Part shown: in pieces, positions 42,741 through 52,151 of the stretch
Layout: each line of letters begins with the position of its first letter
Numbering within the stretch: position 1 is the first letter of the stretch
Assembly: GCA_016935555.1 (NCBI GenBank)
Contig: JAFGQR010000011.1
Span: 21,011 to 85,010 of the forward strand
Origin: Verrucomicrobiota bacterium
Lineage (GTDB): Bacteria > Verrucomicrobiota > Verrucomicrobiia > Limisphaerales > JAFGQR01
Length of the DNA: 64,000 nucleotides
Direction of reading: 5' to 3'
The notes under the pieces: model-generated
Seen by the model: the letters and a program-made list of their open reading frames with translations, nothing else
What the model was told of the DNA's origin: nothing
The model's database searches: none
Position numbers and translations under genes: made by a program

Positions 42741-43919
42741 ATGAAAAAGCTCTCCGACTGCCGTGTCCTGCTGGTGGACGACACCAAGGTGAACCTGGAC
42801 ATTCTCGTCGAGGGCCTGAAAAGCGATCACAAGCTGAGCCTGGCGCTGAATGGCGAAACCGCCTTGCAGATCGCCGCGCGAACCCCCCCCGATCTGGTGT
42901 TGCTGGATATCGTCATGCCGGGTCTGGACGGCTACGAAGTCTGCCGCCGCCTGCGCCAGATGCCGGAGACCGCCGACGTGCCGATCATGTTTCTGTCGTC
43001 GCTCGAAGAGGTGCAGAATAAGACGCGCGGGTTCGAGGTGGGAGCAAACGATTATCTCACCAAGCCGTTCGAAATGCTCGAGGTGAAGGCGCGCGTGCGT
43101 TCCCTGCTCAAGGCCAAGGCTTACAACGACGCGGTCAAGGAACACATGGCCGGCGAATTGCGTGTCGCCAGGGAAATCCAGATGGGAATGGTGCCCCGCG
43201 ATTTCGCGGCGGTGGAGGCGGCTTATCGGGTCGGCTTCGGTGCCGTGCTCGAGCCGGCTCGGGAAGTGGGCGGCGACCTTTATGGCATTTGCACGGCCGA
43301 CCCCGAGCGCCTGGTCATCTTCCTGGGCGATGTTTCCGGCAAGGGCATCCCGGCTTCGATGTTCATGGTGCGCGCCATCACCCTCGCCCGCCTGCTGGCG
43401 CGACAGACTGTGGAGCCGGAACGCATCCTGGCGCGGCTGAACGACGAACTCGCGGCCGACAACCCCTCATGCATGTTCGTGACGTTCCTCTGCGCCGTGT
43501 TTGAACCCCGGTCGCGCCGGTTCATCCTGGCCAACGCCGGCCATTGCTGGCCGGCGCTCCTTCCCGCACACGGCGCGCCGCGCTGGGTCGGCAAGAATCT
43601 CGGCACCGCCCTGGGTCTGGAACCCGGCCTCACGTTTCAGCGCGCCGAGCTGGCGCTGGGTGAAGGCGACGCTGTGATCTTCTACACCGACGGCGTGACC
43701 GAGGCCTTCAATCCCCAGGAGGCATTGTACGGCAGCGAACGCTTGCTGGCAGACGTCACGGCATTTGCCGGCCAACCCGCGCCGGCCATCACGGCTGGAA
43801 TCCTGCGGCAGGTTCGTGGGTTCGCCGCGGGCGCACCGCAATCCGATGACATCGCCATTCTCACCTTGAAAGTCGGCGGCGGGCGCGCAGACCCTTCCGG
43901 ACAGGAACCCCGCGCATGA
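42741..43919 (+). CDS. Response regulator with PP2C/SpoIIE-type Ser phosphatase output (RsbU-like)
   Basis: The REC domain reads VLLVDDTKVNLDIL...LLDIVMPGLDGYEV...DYLTKPF. The PP2C domain reads REIQMGMVPRDF...GGDLYG...FLGDVSGKGIPASMFM...FYTDGVTEA...DDIAILTLK. Confidence 0.9.
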   Translation: MKKLSDCRVLLVDDTKVNLDILVEGLKSDHKLSLALNGETALQIAARTPPDLVLLDIVMPGLDGYEVCRRLRQMPETADVPIMFLSSLEEVQNKTRGFEVGANDYLTKPFEMLEVKARVRSLLKAKAYNDAVKEHMAGELRVAREIQMGMVPRDFAAVEAAYRVGFGAVLEPAREVGGDLYGICTADPERLVIFLGDVSGKGIPASMFMVRAITLARLLARQTVEPERILARLNDELAADNPSCMFVTFLCAVFEPRSRRFILANAGHCWPALLPAHGAPRWVGKNLGTALGLEPGLTFQRAELALGEGDAVIFYTDGVTEAFNPQEALYGSERLLADVTAFAGQPAPAITAGILRQVRGFAAGAPQSDDIAILTLKVGGGRADPSGQEPRA

Positions 43920-44335
43920 AGCTGGAGTTGCGTGCCACGTTGGAGGAGGTCATGCGCGCCGTCGAAGCCCTGCGGGAATTCGCCAGCGCCCAGGGCGTTC
44001 CGGAAAAGACCACCCTCGGCCTGGCCCTGGCGCTCGAAGAGTGCGCCGCCAATATCGTCAATCACGCTTATCAACGCAGCGCCCAACAGCGCTTTCAAGT
44101 CCTCCTCGAACGGCATGACGACTCCCTGCTCATCGAACTGCGCGACCGCGGGCCGGAATTTGATCCCACCGCCGTGCCGCCACGCGACCAGCGAGCGATC
44201 GACCAAGACGGGCCGGGCGGCTGGGGCATCGACCTGGCGCGGCGTCACGTGGACGAGATTCGCTACCGGCGCGAAGCCGGGGAGAACATTCTGCGCCTGC
44301 ACAAGCGGCTTGTCGCGCCCGCCGGCCGGGCGTAA
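43916..44335 (+). CDS. RsbW/SpoIIAB-like anti-sigma-type serine protein kinase (HATPase_c_2)
   Basis: The start shares an ATGA overlap with the PP2C gene. It has an N-box (LEECAANIVNHAY), DRGPEFDP and a G-box (GGWGIDLARRHVDEI). Confidence 0.85.
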   Translation: MKLELRATLEEVMRAVEALREFASAQGVPEKTTLGLALALEECAANIVNHAYQRSAQQRFQVLLERHDDSLLIELRDRGPEFDPTAVPPRDQRAIDQDGPGGWGIDLARRHVDEIRYRREAGENILRLHKRLVAPAGRA

Positions 44336-44391
44336 CCTCCAACTCCAGTGTCAACCAAGTCCGACTGCCAAACCAAAGAGTCCAAACCCCC

Positions 44392-44778
44392 ATGCCACTC
44401 GACATTCAAATCCAAAAGAATCCCACCGGCGAGAACGCTGCCGCTCTGACCGTCACACTGATCGGCAGCCTCGACACCGTCACTGCGCCCGACCTGGAGC
44501 GCCAGCTTGCCCCCTGGCTGGGCGGTCCCGTCGCGGACATCGTCTTTGACCTGGCCCAGCTGAAATTCATCAGCAGCGCAGGCCTGCGCGTGTTCTCCGT
44601 CACGCGCAAGACGCTCAAGGAACGCGGGGGGCAGGCGTCGTTCCTGAACTTGCAGCCGCAGATCAGGGAAGTGTTTGACATCATCAAGGCCTTGCCCGGC
44701 GTGGCCATTTTCAAGGATGTCGCCGAACTGGACCGTTACCTGGCAGCGCGTCAACGCTCGCATCGGGAGGCGACCTAG
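44392..44778 (+). CDS. STAS-domain anti-sigma-factor antagonist (RsbV/SpoIIAA-like)
   Basis: The 128-aa protein carries DLAQLKFISSAGLRVF, with the conserved phosphorylatable Ser position. Confidence 0.9.
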   Translation: MPLDIQIQKNPTGENAAALTVTLIGSLDTVTAPDLERQLAPWLGGPVADIVFDLAQLKFISSAGLRVFSVTRKTLKERGGQASFLNLQPQIREVFDIIKALPGVAIFKDVAELDRYLAARQRSHREAT

Positions 44779-44787
44779 CCTGCATGG

Positions 44788-44807
44788 CTCACCAGGTTCC
44801 TGGTGAG
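44788..44807 (+). terminator. Possible stem-loop after STAS gene (CTCACCAGG-tt-CCTGGTGAG)
   Basis: A perfect 9-bp inverted repeat lies 10 nt after the stop codon. There is no U-tract, so its terminator function is uncertain. Confidence 0.25.
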
Positions 44808-44951
44808 AGGACATTTGCTCGCGCGCTTCGAGGACCTGCGGCGACGGGAGATGCTGGACGAGAGCCCCGCTGCGTTGGTGGCGAAGACCTGCATCTGATC
44901 GTCATCGCTGCCGCAACTGGCGGTTGCCCGCAGCTCTCCGGTGCCGGCTCC

Positions 44952-46619
44952 TCAGGATCCGGGCATGCCGCCGGTGAACCGGGCGTCCTGCTGTGCCGCC
45001 CAGAGGTATTGCTGGGACGCCACAAAGAGCGTCCCGTTGGCCGCCACCGGGGTTCCATACGCCGGCGCGCCCAGGCTGATCCGCGCCAGTTCCCTGGGCT
45101 CCGGCCCCGCGGCCAGCACCATGAGCCGGCTCTTGGTGCCCACGTAGATCTTGCCGTCGGCCACCAGCGGCGTCGCCCACGTCTCGGCCTTCAAGTCATG
45201 CGTCCACAAGGGTCGCCCGGTCGCCACGTCCAGACAATGCACGCGCCCGGACAGGTCCGCCGCATAAAGGCGTCCGTCGGCAATGGCCACGCTGGCCATG
45301 GTGCGCTCGATCCCGTCATAGCTCCACACCCGGCCGGTGCGGGTGATGTCGCCGGTCTTGGACGGATCGATGCAATGCAGCAGGCCCCGGCCCCGGCCAT
45401 GCATGGGATCCTGGCCAATCGCCACGTAGAGGCGGCCGTCGTGAAATACCGGGGTGGCAATGATCTGGCTGGGGCCAAGATACAAGCCGTCGTTTTTGTT
45501 GGCCGAATTGGCTTTGCGCTTGTCCCCCGCGTAATAAGGAATGGGTTTGCCGTCCCGCAGCCGGTACTCCGGCGGGTTGCAGTCGTAATGCCACACCTTC
45601 TTCAACAACACCGGCTCGCGCGGCACATCCGTCAGCGCCTCGAAAGCATAACACACGCCGTCTCCTCCGCCGAAAAACACGAGTCTCCGGCCGTTGACAG
45701 TGCCCAGCGACGGCGGCGCCCACAGACAATGCCACAACCGCCGGCCCATCCCCTCCGCGTCCGTCGCCAGCACGCGGCCGGTCTCGGCGTCCAGCGCGAC
45801 GAAGCTGGGGGCGTCGGGCCGCGGACACTTCGCGTGGGGGCCGTCGACGCCGTTGGAGGTGACGGTGTAGACGAACCGCCCATCGACCAGCACCGAGCAG
45901 CTCGCCACATCGTGCGGGCAGACGCCCAAGGCGTCCACCAGGTCGCACACCCACACGATGTCCGCGTCGCCGGGTTGCACGGGCACCGGCCTCTTCCCGG
46001 GCCCCACCAGGTATCGGCCTTCGTCGCGGAAGGGACCGTCGTTGCCGTTCGCCAACCCGTCCACATCCAAACACACCACCTCGCACGCGCTCGACAGCAC
46101 ATACGCGCGGCGGCCCGCTACCGCCGGCGACGAGCAGGTCCCGCAATGCTGCTGGCCGTAATGCGCCCCGGGCGGCAGCCGGTCCTCACCCCGGTTTGGC
46201 GTGCGCAGGCGCCACCGCACTTCACCCGTGGCTTCGTCCAGACATTGCACCATCCCGCCCTTGGTCGGCCGCAGACGGGTGTCGCCGCGGAGAATCGAGT
46301 CGTCGGTCCCCACAAACACCCGGCCGGCCGACACGGTGGGATTGCCGTAGAGGTAACTGCCCAGACGCACCGCCCAACGCACATGCTCCGTGCTTCCAGA
46401 AACAATGCCGCTGCCCTGCGCCGATTTCACCCCGGGTCGAAAGAAAACCGGCAATCCCGTTTCGCCCGACACCATGTTGCGGCCCGGATCGGGCCCGCCC
46501 CATTGCGGCCAGTCGCCAGCCCTGCTGCCCACCCCCGCTGCGATCACCATGAAAACGACGGCCCAACCCGCGTGCGGCCGCAGCGAAAACCTCCCGACCT
46601 CTTTGAATGGAAACTGCAT
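44952..46619 (-). CDS. Secreted PQQ-like (BamB-type) beta-propeller repeat protein
   Basis: The start is set at MQFPFKE. It has a signal/TM segment (AVVFMVIAAGVGS) and recurring propeller blades (WPQWGG...; GRVFVGTDD; GRRAYVLSS; GRFVYTVTS; DGRLYVAIG; DGRLYAADLSGRVHCLDVATGRPLWTH; DGKIYVGT; NGTLFVAS). Confidence 0.8.
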   Translation of the reverse strand: MQFPFKEVGRFSLRPHAGWAVVFMVIAAGVGSRAGDWPQWGGPDPGRNMVSGETGLPVFFRPGVKSAQGSGIVSGSTEHVRWAVRLGSYLYGNPTVSAGRVFVGTDDSILRGDTRLRPTKGGMVQCLDEATGEVRWRLRTPNRGEDRLPPGAHYGQQHCGTCSSPAVAGRRAYVLSSACEVVCLDVDGLANGNDGPFRDEGRYLVGPGKRPVPVQPGDADIVWVCDLVDALGVCPHDVASCSVLVDGRFVYTVTSNGVDGPHAKCPRPDAPSFVALDAETGRVLATDAEGMGRRLWHCLWAPPSLGTVNGRRLVFFGGGDGVCYAFEALTDVPREPVLLKKVWHYDCNPPEYRLRDGKPIPYYAGDKRKANSANKNDGLYLGPSQIIATPVFHDGRLYVAIGQDPMHGRGRGLLHCIDPSKTGDITRTGRVWSYDGIERTMASVAIADGRLYAADLSGRVHCLDVATGRPLWTHDLKAETWATPLVADGKIYVGTKSRLMVLAAGPEPRELARISLGAPAYGTPVAANGTLFVASQQYLWAAQQDARFTGGMPGS

Positions 46620-47061
46620 CGCCTTGAAATACCCGACTTGGTTATCCCCTCCCAGGCACGCAGCCAGGGCCGGAACGAGTCGAAGCGCTTGGAGTGGCAT
46701 CGATGGATGGACGCCCAACGCACGCGCTTATTCAGCCCCGCCGAAACACCCAATCCATTCGCGCCGGCTGAGCATCTGCGCGGCGCGCTCGGCAAAGGGC
46801 CTGTTGCCGGGCGCGTCCGGTCCGGGCGCGCCCAGGCGGGCCGCGCGTTGTCCGTCCCGGTGGGAGAGGGTGTCTTGTTTGGACAGGCGGCCCGCTGGCG
46901 CCCGAGGAACAGGGGCATGTGCAACTCGCAATCGATGTTGGTGGCGGCCCGGATCATTTGAAAGTCCAGATCCGCCGACGTGGTCAACCGCCGTGGGTCG
47001 AAGGCCCTGCAGGAAATAACCTTGATCCAAGCCGCCCCTCGTTCTATAACGTCCCCTGATC

Positions 47062-48033
47062 ATGGCCCTATGCGACCCGAACCGCAACAGCGAGGCTCCC
47101 AGTCAGAGGCCCGCAACTCAAAGGGCCAAGACGCGGGCACGACTCGCCGCACCGCTGGCGCTCCTGGCGTGGCTCGCCACGGCATGCGCCCCCGGACTCA
47201 GATCGATGAATCCCCAAGCGACATTCCCCGATGAAGCCAACGGCTGGCGTGCCGCAGACCGCATACGCGCGTTCGACCGGAGCACCATCTTCGAATACAT
47301 GGACGGCGCCGGTGAACTCTATCTGGCCTACGACTTCCGGCGCGTCCTCGTCCGGGAATACACCAGGCCCGGCGCCCGGCGGATCATCGCCGAGGTCTAC
47401 GACATGTCCAGCAGTCAGGATGCCTACGGCGTGTTCACGCACGATCCCGAGGGCGAAGACGTGGGCGTGGGCCAGGATAACGCCTACGCCGCCGGGCTTC
47501 TGTGCTTTTGGAAAGGACCGCGCTTCGTTCGCATCCTGGCCGAACAGGAAACCCCGCAGGCCAGGCAGGCCGTCATCACCCTGGGCCGGTCGCTCGCGGA
47601 AGGGGTTGCCGAGGGGCCGCGGCCCGCGCTCCTCAACCGCCTGCCCCCGGACCACCTGGCCGCCGGCAGCGCCCGCTATTTCCACACTCAAGTGTCGCTC
47701 AATTATTTCTATTACCTGGCCGATGCCAATGTGTTGCGCCTTTCGCCGCAGACCGAAGTGGTGATGGCCGTCTACCGGCCCAAGGGCGAGAAGATCACGC
47801 TGCTGATCGTTTCCTACGAAAGCCGGCGGCAGGCGCAGCAGGCCTATCGCCAGTTCGGCCGGCTTTACCTGGAGGACACGGCGGAAGCGGACCGGTCGCC
47901 CCGAATCGAGGCGCTTGAAGGCGGGCGCCACGTGGGCGCGCTTCTCAAGGGCCAGTGTGTCGCGCTGGTCTTTGACGCCGTCTCACGGGCCGCCTGCGAG
48001 CGGTTGCTGGCCGGCGCGGCGGCGGCTTTATAA
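47062..48033 (+). CDS. Hypothetical lipoprotein (unknown family)
   Basis: The 323-aa protein has a lipobox-like LAWLATAC. Codon usage and composition are coherent. It is followed 17 nt later by the DUF362-like gene. Confidence 0.6.
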   Translation: MALCDPNRNSEAPSQRPATQRAKTRARLAAPLALLAWLATACAPGLRSMNPQATFPDEANGWRAADRIRAFDRSTIFEYMDGAGELYLAYDFRRVLVREYTRPGARRIIAEVYDMSSSQDAYGVFTHDPEGEDVGVGQDNAYAAGLLCFWKGPRFVRILAEQETPQARQAVITLGRSLAEGVAEGPRPALLNRLPPDHLAAGSARYFHTQVSLNYFYYLADANVLRLSPQTEVVMAVYRPKGEKITLLIVSYESRRQAQQAYRQFGRLYLEDTAEADRSPRIEALEGGRHVGALLKGQCVALVFDAVSRAACERLLAGAAAAL

Positions 48034-48050
48034 GAAAGGCAACTATAACC

Positions 48051-48932
48051 ATGAAACACTACACCCGACGGGATTTTTTGAGAGGAACCGCAGCAGGCGC
48101 CCTCGGCGCCTCGATGGGGCTTTGCCCGCGTGACGTGGCGTTTGCCGCGGAGCCGGGCGAGGCAAAAAGCAGGGTGATTCTGATCCGGGACGAACGCGCG
48201 ATGCGGGCGGACAACACGCCCGACGCCCGGGTGGTCGAGACGATGCTGAACAAGGCGGTATGCCGCCTGGCGGGAAAGGATGATCCCGCGGCCGCGTGGA
48301 AGACCTACCTGCACCCCGACGACACGGTCGGCATCAAGGTCACCCTCTACATGATCTCAACCCACAAGGAAGTCATCGACGCGGTTCGCGCGGGGGCCCA
48401 AAAGGCCGGCGTCCCGGACGGGAAGATCCTGGTCGGCGACCGCGGGAATTCGCCCGGGAAAGACACCCCCGTCACCGCCCTGGTCAACGTGCCAAGTCTC
48501 AAGGCCCATCACATGTCCGGCATCGGCTGCGTCATCAAGAACTACATCGTCTACCATCCCCAACCCGCGTCGCTGCACCCCGATTCCTGCGCCGAGTTGG
48601 GCGCCGCGTGGGAGGTTCCGGCCATCAAGGGCAAGACGCGCCTGGTGGTCGTCGACGGGTTGTTCCCCCTCTTCGACAAAGGCCCCCAGGTCACCCCGAA
48701 ATACCGCTGGCCCTACGGCGGCATCCTCGTCGGCACCGACCCCGTGGCCGTCGATGCCGTCTGCCTCCGCATCCTGCAGGCCAAGCGCGATGCCTTCCGG
48801 GGCGAACCGTGGCCCCTGAACCCGCCGCCCAAGAGCCTTGCCGTCGCCGACACGAAATATCACCTGGGCACGAGCGCTCCCGAGAAAATCCACCTCCTCA
48901 AGCTCGGCTGGGACCGCGACGCCTTCGTGTGA
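48051..48932 (+). CDS. TAT-signal DUF362-like protein
   Basis: It begins MKHYTRRDFLRGTAAGALGA (twin-arginine). It has DUF362-like stretches (VGIKV...; NVPSLKAHHMSGIGCVIKN; GTDPVAVDAVCLRIL). The family was recalled from memory. Confidence 0.7.
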   Translation: MKHYTRRDFLRGTAAGALGASMGLCPRDVAFAAEPGEAKSRVILIRDERAMRADNTPDARVVETMLNKAVCRLAGKDDPAAAWKTYLHPDDTVGIKVTLYMISTHKEVIDAVRAGAQKAGVPDGKILVGDRGNSPGKDTPVTALVNVPSLKAHHMSGIGCVIKNYIVYHPQPASLHPDSCAELGAAWEVPAIKGKTRLVVVDGLFPLFDKGPQVTPKYRWPYGGILVGTDPVAVDAVCLRILQAKRDAFRGEPWPLNPPPKSLAVADTKYHLGTSAPEKIHLLKLGWDRDAFV

Positions 48933-49129
48933 CGCGGCCGGTGCCGTGCCCGCGGCAAATGCGTGTCCGCGGCGCACTTGGGCGGCGGCGTGGGCTGTCC
49001 TGCCGCGCCGCCCGAACGCAGGGCGGCGCCGACGGGGGGCCCATCTCGACGTGGCACATGTGGGCCCCGACTGAGGCGCCGGCGCGCATCAGGCTTGCAT
49101 GGCCCGGCGTCATGCGGTAACCGCATCGC

Positions 49130-50902
49130 ATGCAACCTGCCCATTGGGTGTTCATCATTCTGGGGCTGACGCTGGCAGCGTTCATTTGGGGCCGGATTCG
49201 GTACGACTTGGTCGCTCTGCTGGCGCTGTTCTCGGCTGTGGTGGCGGGGGTGGTGCCGGCGGCGGACGCCTTTGCCGGGTTCGGCCATCCGGCCGTGATC
49301 ACCGTGGCGGCGGTGCTGGTGTTGAGCAAGGCGTTCCAGCAGTCGGGCTTGGTGGACCTGATCGCCGGCCAGACGCTCAAGGCGGGCGGAGCCGTCATGG
49401 CGCAGTTGGCGGTGTTGACGGGCGCGGTGGCGGTCCTCTCGGCGTTCATGAACAACGTGGGTGCGCTGGCGCTTCTCTTGCCGGTGGCGCTGCGCATGGG
49501 CCGCGAACACGGGCATCCCCCCTCGCTGCTGCTCATGCCGCTGGCGTTCGGTTCCCTGCTCGGAGGCCTGATGACGCTCATCGGCACGCCGTCCAACATC
49601 ATCCTCTCCGCCTATCGCGCAGAACATGCCGGCGCGGGCTTTGGCATGTTTGCCTTCCTGCCGGTGGGCGGGGGCGTGATGCTGGCCGGGTTGCTGTTCC
49701 TGGTGCTGCTTGGCTGGCGGCTCACGCCAAGGCGCAAGGGCCAAAGCTCGCCCGACGAGCTGTTCGAAACCGCCAATTACCTGAGCGAACTCGAGGTCGC
49801 CCAGGGTTCCAAAGGCGCCGGCTGGACGCTGCGGGAATTGCAACAAGCGTGCGGCGAACCCATCCCCGTCGTGGCGGTGTTGCGCGGGGAGAAGCGCCAT
49901 CCAGCCTATGCGTTTCGCAGCGCGCTGCGCCCGGCCGACGTGCTGGTGGTGGAGGCCGAGCCGGAGGAGTTGCAACTCATCGAGGACAAGAGCGGGTTCA
50001 AGCTGGCCGGCGGCGCGAAGTTCGCCGACAAGCTCGGCGAAGCCCGGGATCTGCAGTTGGTGGAAGCAGTGGTGCGGACCGATTCCCCGATGATCAAGCG
50101 GACCGTGGCGCAGTTGCGTCTCCTGGACCATCACGGGCTGCACCTGCTGGCAGTGGCGCGGGCGGGCGGACGCTTGAAACAGCGGCTGAACGCGGTGCGT
50201 TTTGAGCCGGGTGACGTGTTGTTGGTGCAGGGCGACGAGAGGGACATGGCCGAGAGCCTGGCCGAGCTGGGCTGCCTGCCCTTGGCCAGCCGCAATCTCG
50301 CGCTGGGCAAGCCGCGGCGCCTGGTCACCTCGGTGACACTGTTTGGGGCGGCCGTGGGCTTGATGCTTGCGGGATGGTTGCCGGCCTCGGTGGCGTTGAG
50401 CATGGCGGCGGCGGGTTCGGTGCTCGCCCGCGTGCTGCCGCTGCGCGAGGCCTACAAGGGCATCGATTGGCCAATCATCGTGTTGCTGGCGGCCATGATT
50501 CCCGTGGGAGAAGCCCTGGAAACCAGCGGCGGCGCTCAAAAAGTGGCCGACGGCCTGTTCACCCTGGGACGCACCTGGCCGCCGGCGGCCACCCTGACGC
50601 TGTTGTTTGTCATCACGATGCTGTTGTCCAATGTCATCAACAATGCCGCCGCTGCGCTGCTCATGGCCCCGATCGCCTCCAAGCTGGCGGCCGGGCTGGG
50701 CACGGCCGCGGATCCGTTTCTGATGGCGGTGGCCGTCAGCGCGTCGTGTGCGTTTCTCACGCCGATCGGCCATCAATCCAACACATTGGTCATGGGGCCG
50801 GGCGGCTACCAATTCCAGGATTACTGGAAGGTTGGCCTGCCGCTTACACTGGTGGTGGTGGCGACCGCCGTGCCGCTGATCTTGCTGGTCTGGCCCCTGT
50901 GA
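49130..50902 (+). CDS. SLC13/DASS-family permease with two central TrkA-C (RCK_C) domains
   Basis: The 590-aa protein has an N-terminal half with FGHPAVITVAAVLVLS and two RCK_C-like segments (LRPADVLVVEAEPEEL; FEPGDVLLVQGDERDM). The C-terminal transporter half contains SNVINNAAAALLMAPI. Confidence 0.9.
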   Translation: MQPAHWVFIILGLTLAAFIWGRIRYDLVALLALFSAVVAGVVPAADAFAGFGHPAVITVAAVLVLSKAFQQSGLVDLIAGQTLKAGGAVMAQLAVLTGAVAVLSAFMNNVGALALLLPVALRMGREHGHPPSLLLMPLAFGSLLGGLMTLIGTPSNIILSAYRAEHAGAGFGMFAFLPVGGGVMLAGLLFLVLLGWRLTPRRKGQSSPDELFETANYLSELEVAQGSKGAGWTLRELQQACGEPIPVVAVLRGEKRHPAYAFRSALRPADVLVVEAEPEELQLIEDKSGFKLAGGAKFADKLGEARDLQLVEAVVRTDSPMIKRTVAQLRLLDHHGLHLLAVARAGGRLKQRLNAVRFEPGDVLLVQGDERDMAESLAELGCLPLASRNLALGKPRRLVTSVTLFGAAVGLMLAGWLPASVALSMAAAGSVLARVLPLREAYKGIDWPIIVLLAAMIPVGEALETSGGAQKVADGLFTLGRTWPPAATLTLLFVITMLLSNVINNAAAALLMAPIASKLAAGLGTAADPFLMAVAVSASCAFLTPIGHQSNTLVMGPGGYQFQDYWKVGLPLTLVVVATAVPLILLVWPL

Positions 50903-51121
50903 ACGTCCCGGCGGAGAAGGCGATTCGCACCAGCTCGGGCACCAAGCCAATCGCGCGATCAATTCGCGGCACACTACCCTGATGACCCGCTACGTTGCCC
51001 GGATCTCCAGCCGTGGGTCGTTGCCAGTGTCTTGTATGCGCGCGCTCCGCTGGGCGGCGCTCGCGCCATGGGACCAGCGTGGCTCCTGGCTCGCCGCTTG
51101 CGCTCCGCGTAACGCTTCAAG

Positions 51122-51583
51122 TCACAGTTTCCTGAGCACGGCAAAGAACTGCAGGGCCTCCTGATCTTGAGGATCAGCCAGAAGCCTTTGCTTCATGCGC
51201 AAGGACTCGATCTCGGTCACATCCTCCTGCTCGGCGATGTAGTAGATTGGTTTCGGGCGCTCACCGTAAATGGCATAGCAATACCAGTTCATCAGAAAGG
51301 GCTCGCCATTCTTGCGGTAGTTCCAGGTTTGGCCGTGAAAAACCTCGCGTCGGAGGAGCTTTTTCTTCAGCAGGGTCAACACAGCCCGGTCGGTGTGCTT
51401 GCCCTGCAGCATGCGAGGCGTCTTGCCGGCCAGCTCCTCCCGGCCGTAACCGGTCATCCTCAGCCAGGCCTGGTTTACATAAATGATGCGCGGGCCGGAC
51501 GGAGCTTCAAGGTTCGTGTCCGTGACCATGATGCCTCGTCGCAAGTTCTCCAATACGATCAGCCAGTCAAATTTCAGTTGCAT
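51122..51583 (-). CDS. Short LOV-like PAS protein lacking the adduct-forming cysteine
   Basis: The sequence RIIYVNQAWLRMTGYGREELAGKTPRMLQGKHTD aligns with the LOV core (as recalled for YtvA: [33 protein letters not shown]). The downstream flavin-contact-type N/N/Q positions appear conserved (NYRKNGEPF, MNW, AEQEDVT). Confidence 0.8.
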   Translation of the reverse strand: MQLKFDWLIVLENLRRGIMVTDTNLEAPSGPRIIYVNQAWLRMTGYGREELAGKTPRMLQGKHTDRAVLTLLKKKLLRREVFHGQTWNYRKNGEPFLMNWYCYAIYGERPKPIYYIAEQEDVTEIESLRMKQRLLADPQDQEALQFFAVLRKL

Positions 51584-51709
51584 GGTGTCTGTGCGTTGTC
51601 AGCCATCGCCTTCATGGGCTCAGGCATTTCTGTGGAATTTGACACGACGCTTCGCAAATGGCAACGCGATCCGCTTGTGCCACGGGCGTTAGGTTCTTGC
51701 AGGGGCTTT

Positions 51710-52114
51710 TCATCTTGCAGGTCGGCCAAGGATGCATTGGTGACCCGAATGTCTCGCCAGCCTCCCGATCAGGGCTGCGTGACCCGGAGCCGCAGAAACC
51801 TCTGCAAGACCGCGCTCAACGGCAGGTTCGCGCGCACCGTGCTGGTCTTTCGACTGGGATAAGCCGTGGCCGAGCAGAATCACCGGACACCGACCGGCGC
51901 CCGGGCTGACCACGGCGTTGGTGCCGGGGAAGCAAACGTCCGTGGTCAGTGTGGCTCCCTGCGTGCCGGGGACGCTGATCGTCTGCCGCGTGGCGGGAAA
52001 TGGCCCGTTCGCCGCGGGATCGGTTGCGCCAAGGAGCCGAAGCGCAGCCAAGCTCAAGTAAAGCCCCAGAAGCGCGTTCGGAGAAAAGCGCAGATCACCA
52101 CCCTCGGGTGACAA
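51710..52114 (-). pseudogene. Probable truncated alpha/beta-hydrolase (dienelactone-hydrolase/PAF-AH-like) fragment
   Basis: A signal-like segment (LLGLYLSLAALRLLGA) is followed by GPFPATRQTISVPGTQGATLTTDVCFP...CPVILLGHGLSQSKDQ. After ~95 aa the similarity ends, and neither alternative frame restores it. Confidence 0.3.
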
Positions 52115-52151
52115 GAGGCAACGACGCGGCTCTCTGATTGTTTGCCGCTGT

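Noticed and set aside
50919-50942. The sequence gcgattcgcaccagctcggg partly resembles the tRNA-Pro 3' end (tcgaatcgcacc...ccagctcc). It could be the distal att repeat of an island.
   Set aside because: The match is only ~7+5 nt and is interrupted. It is also in the inverted orientation relative to the tRNA, whereas att repeats should be direct. This is a chance-level match.
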